Shown here piece by piece: positions 33,647 through 36,688 of a stretch of DNA of 36,688 nucleotides. The stretch covers positions 1 to 36,688 of IMG/VR virus record IMGVR_UViG_3300023105_003460. One strand, written 5' to 3'. Numbering within the stretch: position 1 is the first letter of the stretch; each line of letters begins with the position of its first letter. The notes below the pieces were generated by a model that was not told where the DNA came from, ran no database searches, and was given only the letters and a program-made list of their open reading frames with translations. The DNA comes from a virus (Duplodnaviria > Caudoviricetes). A program made the translations under genes and the position numbers.

Positions 33647-34234
33647 ATGCCAAACTTGGTACCCATTGTTATTGAACACGAAAGTCGTGGCGAACGCTCA
33701 TACGACATTTACAGCAGGCTGCTAAAGGATCGCATCCTAATGCTAGACACAGATGTGAATCAGCATTCCGCATCGCTTATTGTCGCTCAGATGCTGTTTT
33801 TAGAATCCCAAGCACCTGATAAGCCCATTAGCTTTTATATCAACTCTCCAGGCGGTTCTGTTACTGCTGGGATGAGCATTTATGATACTATGCAGTTTAT
33901 CAAAGCACCTGTCCATACTATGGTTATGGGGCAGGCAGCATCTATGGGATCACTACTAGCCGCAGCAGGCGAGCCAGGCTTTAGAACTATGCTGCCATAC
34001 TCAAGGCATATGATTCATCAGCCTCTGGGCGGAGCGCACGGACAAGCCTCTGATGTAGAGATCCAATACAAGGAGCTACAGCACTGGAAAGAAATACTAA
34101 CTGAGATTTACGCTATTCACACAAAGCAGAACGTTGATAAGCTAACTGCTGATATGGATAGAGATAACTTTATGTCAGCCAAGGATGCTGTAGCATACGG
34201 GCTTGCTGACAAGATTATACAGAAGAGAACCTAG
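33647..34234 (+). CDS. clpP: ATP-dependent Clp protease proteolytic subunit
   Basis: [27 protein letters not shown] (Ser), MIHQP (His), DRDNFM (Asp); start corrected to 33647. Confidence 0.96.
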   Translation: MPNLVPIVIEHESRGERSYDIYSRLLKDRILMLDTDVNQHSASLIVAQMLFLESQAPDKPISFYINSPGGSVTAGMSIYDTMQFIKAPVHTMVMGQAASMGSLLAAAGEPGFRTMLPYSRHMIHQPLGGAHGQASDVEIQYKELQHWKEILTEIYAIHTKQNVDKLTADMDRDNFMSAKDAVAYGLADKIIQKRT

Positions 34235-34268
34235 ATACTGATAAATACAGTACATTCAGGAGACTCTA

Positions 34269-34772
34269 ATGAAACTACTTAGATACATACTGTTTGCTAC
34301 TGTATTATTACCTTTAGGCGTGTGTGGTGCTACACCATCACCTGCTCAAGAGAACAGTGGCGGACAAACACAGGCATATATTCAACATCATTATGAGATG
34401 GTTGTCCAACGGCGTCCATACTCTGAAAAAGTTTGTTATGAGAAGGAAGTTCCTGTAATGAGCAATCGCCGTGAGGAAGGCACATTAGATGCCGGCGGTG
34501 CTGTTCTCGGAGGAATTATTGGTGCTGTTATAGGAAATAACGTGCCAGGAGCTAATGAAGTGACTACCGGATTTGGAGCAATAGCAGGATCTGTTATTGG
34601 TGGTGATGTTGCTGAAGGCGATCCTAAGCCAACAGGCAAATACCGCATTGAGCGAGAGTGTCGTAGAGAAAGTCGTTACAGGGAAGATAGAAAACGTGTT
34701 TATACACATTCTACAGTAACTTTTTGGGATGATAAACTTCAACGTAATATTACTTTAGAATATCAAAGATGA
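34269..34772 (+). CDS. Exported glycine-zipper 2TM protein (YcfJ-like)
   Basis: Signal peptide; GAVLGGIIGAVIGN...GAIAGSVIG flanked by Cys; TAAATA at 34242-34247. Confidence 0.8.
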   Translation: MKLLRYILFATVLLPLGVCGATPSPAQENSGGQTQAYIQHHYEMVVQRRPYSEKVCYEKEVPVMSNRREEGTLDAGGAVLGGIIGAVIGNNVPGANEVTTGFGAIAGSVIGGDVAEGDPKPTGKYRIERECRRESRYREDRKRVYTHSTVTFWDDKLQRNITLEYQR

Positions 34773-34960
34773 TACCATCAGACAGCACAGTATTACAAAC
34801 ACTTCAGCAAATGATGTTTGTATTAGAGCATCAAGTTAAACAAAAACAAGAAGACTATTTAATAGCTAAGAACGAATATAAGATAATAAGTCAACAATAT
34901 CAAGATATACGAACTTTATACGAAGAGAAATATGCACTTCTTAACATTGAGACAGACTAA
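34769..34960 (+). CDS. Hypothetical coiled-coil protein
   Basis: ATGA overlap. Confidence 0.6.
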   Translation: MIPSDSTVLQTLQQMMFVLEHQVKQKQEDYLIAKNEYKIISQQYQDIRTLYEEKYALLNIETD

Positions 34961-35120
34961 ACAAATAGCATATATACTATTAGTATATATTACCTATGTT
35001 CTTATAGGAGTCGTTGGTGCTTCCTATATTAAGATTATATGGGTAGCTTACGGAGACACAATTCGCGATGTATTATATAGTATATTTGGACTCTTTCAAT
35101 TTGGAAGTGGAACATTATAA
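34932..35120 (+). CDS. Hypothetical small membrane protein
   Basis: Hydrophobic segment; overlaps both neighbours. Confidence 0.45.
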   Translation: MHFLTLRQTKQIAYILLVYITYVLIGVVGASYIKIIWVAYGDTIRDVLYSIFGLFQFGSGTL

Positions 35121-35271
35121 AGATAAAGATGAGGCATTAGAGCGTATTAGTTGGCTAATGTCTAATGATTCGTATATAAGCAAAGATAAAATTGAACTAA
35201 TATATGGAGATAGAATATTTCTCCATATAGAAGAAACTCGATCTATAAAGGTATCTGAAGATGTCAAATAA
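35068..35271 (+). CDS. Hypothetical protein
   Basis: GGAG SD, 67 aa. Confidence 0.6.
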   Translation: MYYIVYLDSFNLEVEHYKDKDEALERISWLMSNDSYISKDKIELIYGDRIFLHIEETRSIKVSEDVK

Positions 35272-35551
35272 AAATCATATTATGATGCCATCTTTTTACA
35301 GAGGTTTCTTTGATTTTTTTGGTAGAGGAAAATTTACAGCTATAACAGTATCTAAAGACACTGCTTGGTATTTGAACTTCAATTCATTAGATAATAAAGG
35401 ATTGCGAGCGCACGAAGAAGTGCATATGGATCAATATGAAAAACATGGCACTGTCAAATTTATTGTGTTATATGTTTGGTATAGTATAAGATATGGATAC
35501 CGAAACAATCCGTTTGAAATAGAAGCACGGGAGATATCTGGTTATGGCTGA
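35261..35551 (+). CDS. Small HExxH metallopeptidase-like protein (DUF4157-like)
   Basis: LRAHEEVHMDQY and YRNNPFEIEAR. Confidence 0.75.
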   Translation: MSNKNHIMMPSFYRGFFDFFGRGKFTAITVSKDTAWYLNFNSLDNKGLRAHEEVHMDQYEKHGTVKFIVLYVWYSIRYGYRNNPFEIEAREISGYG

Positions 35552-36185
35552 TTTTGATTTTGACATATCTAAAGTTATTATAGCATTAGATAATATGTCT
35601 GTTACTAAAGCTGACAAAATAATAGAAGAATATAAAGATAAAGTATATGGATTTAAGATAAACCATTTGTTAGATGGATTTATTAGAAAGTATAGAAGAA
35701 ATATATTTTTAGATTTCAAGTTACACGATATTCCAAATACAATGAATCTTGTAATTGAAAGACAAATCAAAAGTTATACTTCTATGATGACAGTTCATAT
35801 GAATAACTCTGAGGCAGCATTATCAAAACTTCAAAAATACACTGATAATATAAAACTATTAGGAGTAACAGTTCTTACATCTATGTCTGAGGATGAATGT
35901 AAAGAAATATATAGCAAGTCTATAGAAGAGATGTATGAGCGTTCAATATCCCTAATGATAAAGAATAAATTTTGGGGAGCTATATGTTCACCAAAGGATT
36001 TAGAATATTTTAAAGATGTAAAACATTTGAAGAAAATATGCCCCGGCATACAAATGACTCCAATGAACAATGATCAGGTTAGAACTGCTACACCTCAAGA
36101 AGCACTTGATGCTGGAGCCGACTATCTCGTAATGGGACGAGCATTTATTGAGAGATTAGATGAGGATTTTCACAAACAGCACTGA
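35544..36185 (+). CDS. pyrF: Orotidine 5'-phosphate decarboxylase
   Basis: IIALD, IFLDFKLHDIPNT, LLGVTVLTS, PGI...DQVR.ATP, ADYLVMGR. Confidence 0.93.
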   Translation: MADFDFDISKVIIALDNMSVTKADKIIEEYKDKVYGFKINHLLDGFIRKYRRNIFLDFKLHDIPNTMNLVIERQIKSYTSMMTVHMNNSEAALSKLQKYTDNIKLLGVTVLTSMSEDECKEIYSKSIEEMYERSISLMIKNKFWGAICSPKDLEYFKDVKHLKKICPGIQMTPMNNDQVRTATPQEALDAGADYLVMGRAFIERLDEDFHKQH

Positions 36186-36438
36186 AGGCGATGAGATGGA
36201 ATTATATGCGGCTTGCTGCTGTAACCATCCAAGTCATGTAATCAAAGTGTCTCATTATCCTGAAGATGATGAACTATGGATTTCATTCGTCAATACTCCT
36301 AGGACATTCACTGAGAAAGCAAAAGCTATTTGGAATATCCTATTTGATGGAGGAGACACCGTTCATGAGGTATTGCTAGACGAAGATACTTGGCCCGTAT
36401 TGGCTGAGAAATTAGCTACCCGCGCCATTGGGAAATAA
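36160..36438 (+). CDS. Hypothetical protein
   Basis: 92-aa ORF with a CCC..H motif; start may be the internal Met. Confidence 0.6.
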   Translation: MRIFTNSTEGDEMELYAACCCNHPSHVIKVSHYPEDDELWISFVNTPRTFTEKAKAIWNILFDGGDTVHEVLLDEDTWPVLAEKLATRAIGK

Positions 36439-36688
36439 ATACTATAAGGAGAAGCTAATGGCTGATGGAATAGATGATAAAAAGTTTGATTCGTTTATAA
36501 AAAATGCTATGAGTAACTGGCACCATGCTAGAAACTTGACAACTATGAATGAAGACTTAGAAAAACTAATGACTATTGTAGAATTACAAAATGAAATTAT
36601 AAAGCATCTAGTAGATGACTTTGATCCGCATATTGGGAAGCGGCTAAAAGCTATAGAGGAACAATTTGCAACCATATCTAAAAAATGA
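36428..36688 (+). CDS. Hypothetical protein
   Basis: ORF ends at the window edge; the AAGGAG SD suggests the internal ATG (MADG) is the real start. Confidence 0.6.
   Translation: MGNKYYKEKLMADGIDDKKFDSFIKNAMSNWHHARNLTTMNEDLEKLMTIVELQNEIIKHLVDDFDPHIGKRLKAIEEQFATISKK

Noticed and set aside
742-36675. The many other short minus-strand and nested ORFs in the track
   Set aside because: They lie wholly within well-supported plus-strand genes and lack SDs and motifs
1-36688. Stop-codon reassignment (alternative genetic code)
   Set aside because: Conserved genes are full length under the standard code, and TAA, TGA and TAG all terminate recognisable genes

Overview
A dense, almost entirely plus-strand, AT-rich segment of a large T4-like (myovirus/jumbo-type) phage genome. 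The host is probably an alphaproteobacterium, inferred from a circularly permuted two-piece tmRNA, a ROSE-like thermometer and a hemO-pcyX-like pair. From left to right: (1) a block of late genes (TAAATA promoters) for probable head/internal proteins, including a Pol-beta-type nucleotidyltransferase and a KxDG ligase-fold protein; (2) an NfuA-like protein, a PD-(D/E)XK exonuclease and an antisense GIY-YIG homing endonuclease; (3) a beta-helix virion protein; (4) nrdA, nrdB (with a 1-nt frameshift), glutaredoxin, an Hc1-like protein, PAAR and the tmRNA; (5) a peptidoglycan-binding protein and a SleB-like hydrolase; (6) two tandem adenine-methyltransferase paralogues with duplicated promoters, one 5'-deleted; (7) three lipoproteins; (8) an auxiliary cluster of bS21, Hsp20, ClpS, heme oxygenase, bilin reductase, glutaredoxin, peroxiredoxin, ClpP and PyrF. 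The most notable signals are the phage-encoded permuted tmRNA with a 24-aa tag plus ClpP/ClpS/Hsp20/bS21, a candidate -1 frameshift at an A10 run (6335-6344), a shared capsid-targeting-like N-terminus on about 10 proteins, leaderless late transcripts, a conserved TATACAGTAA box at early promoters and a possible methyltransferase specificity-cassette arrangement. All calls come from reading motifs by eye; no searches were run.
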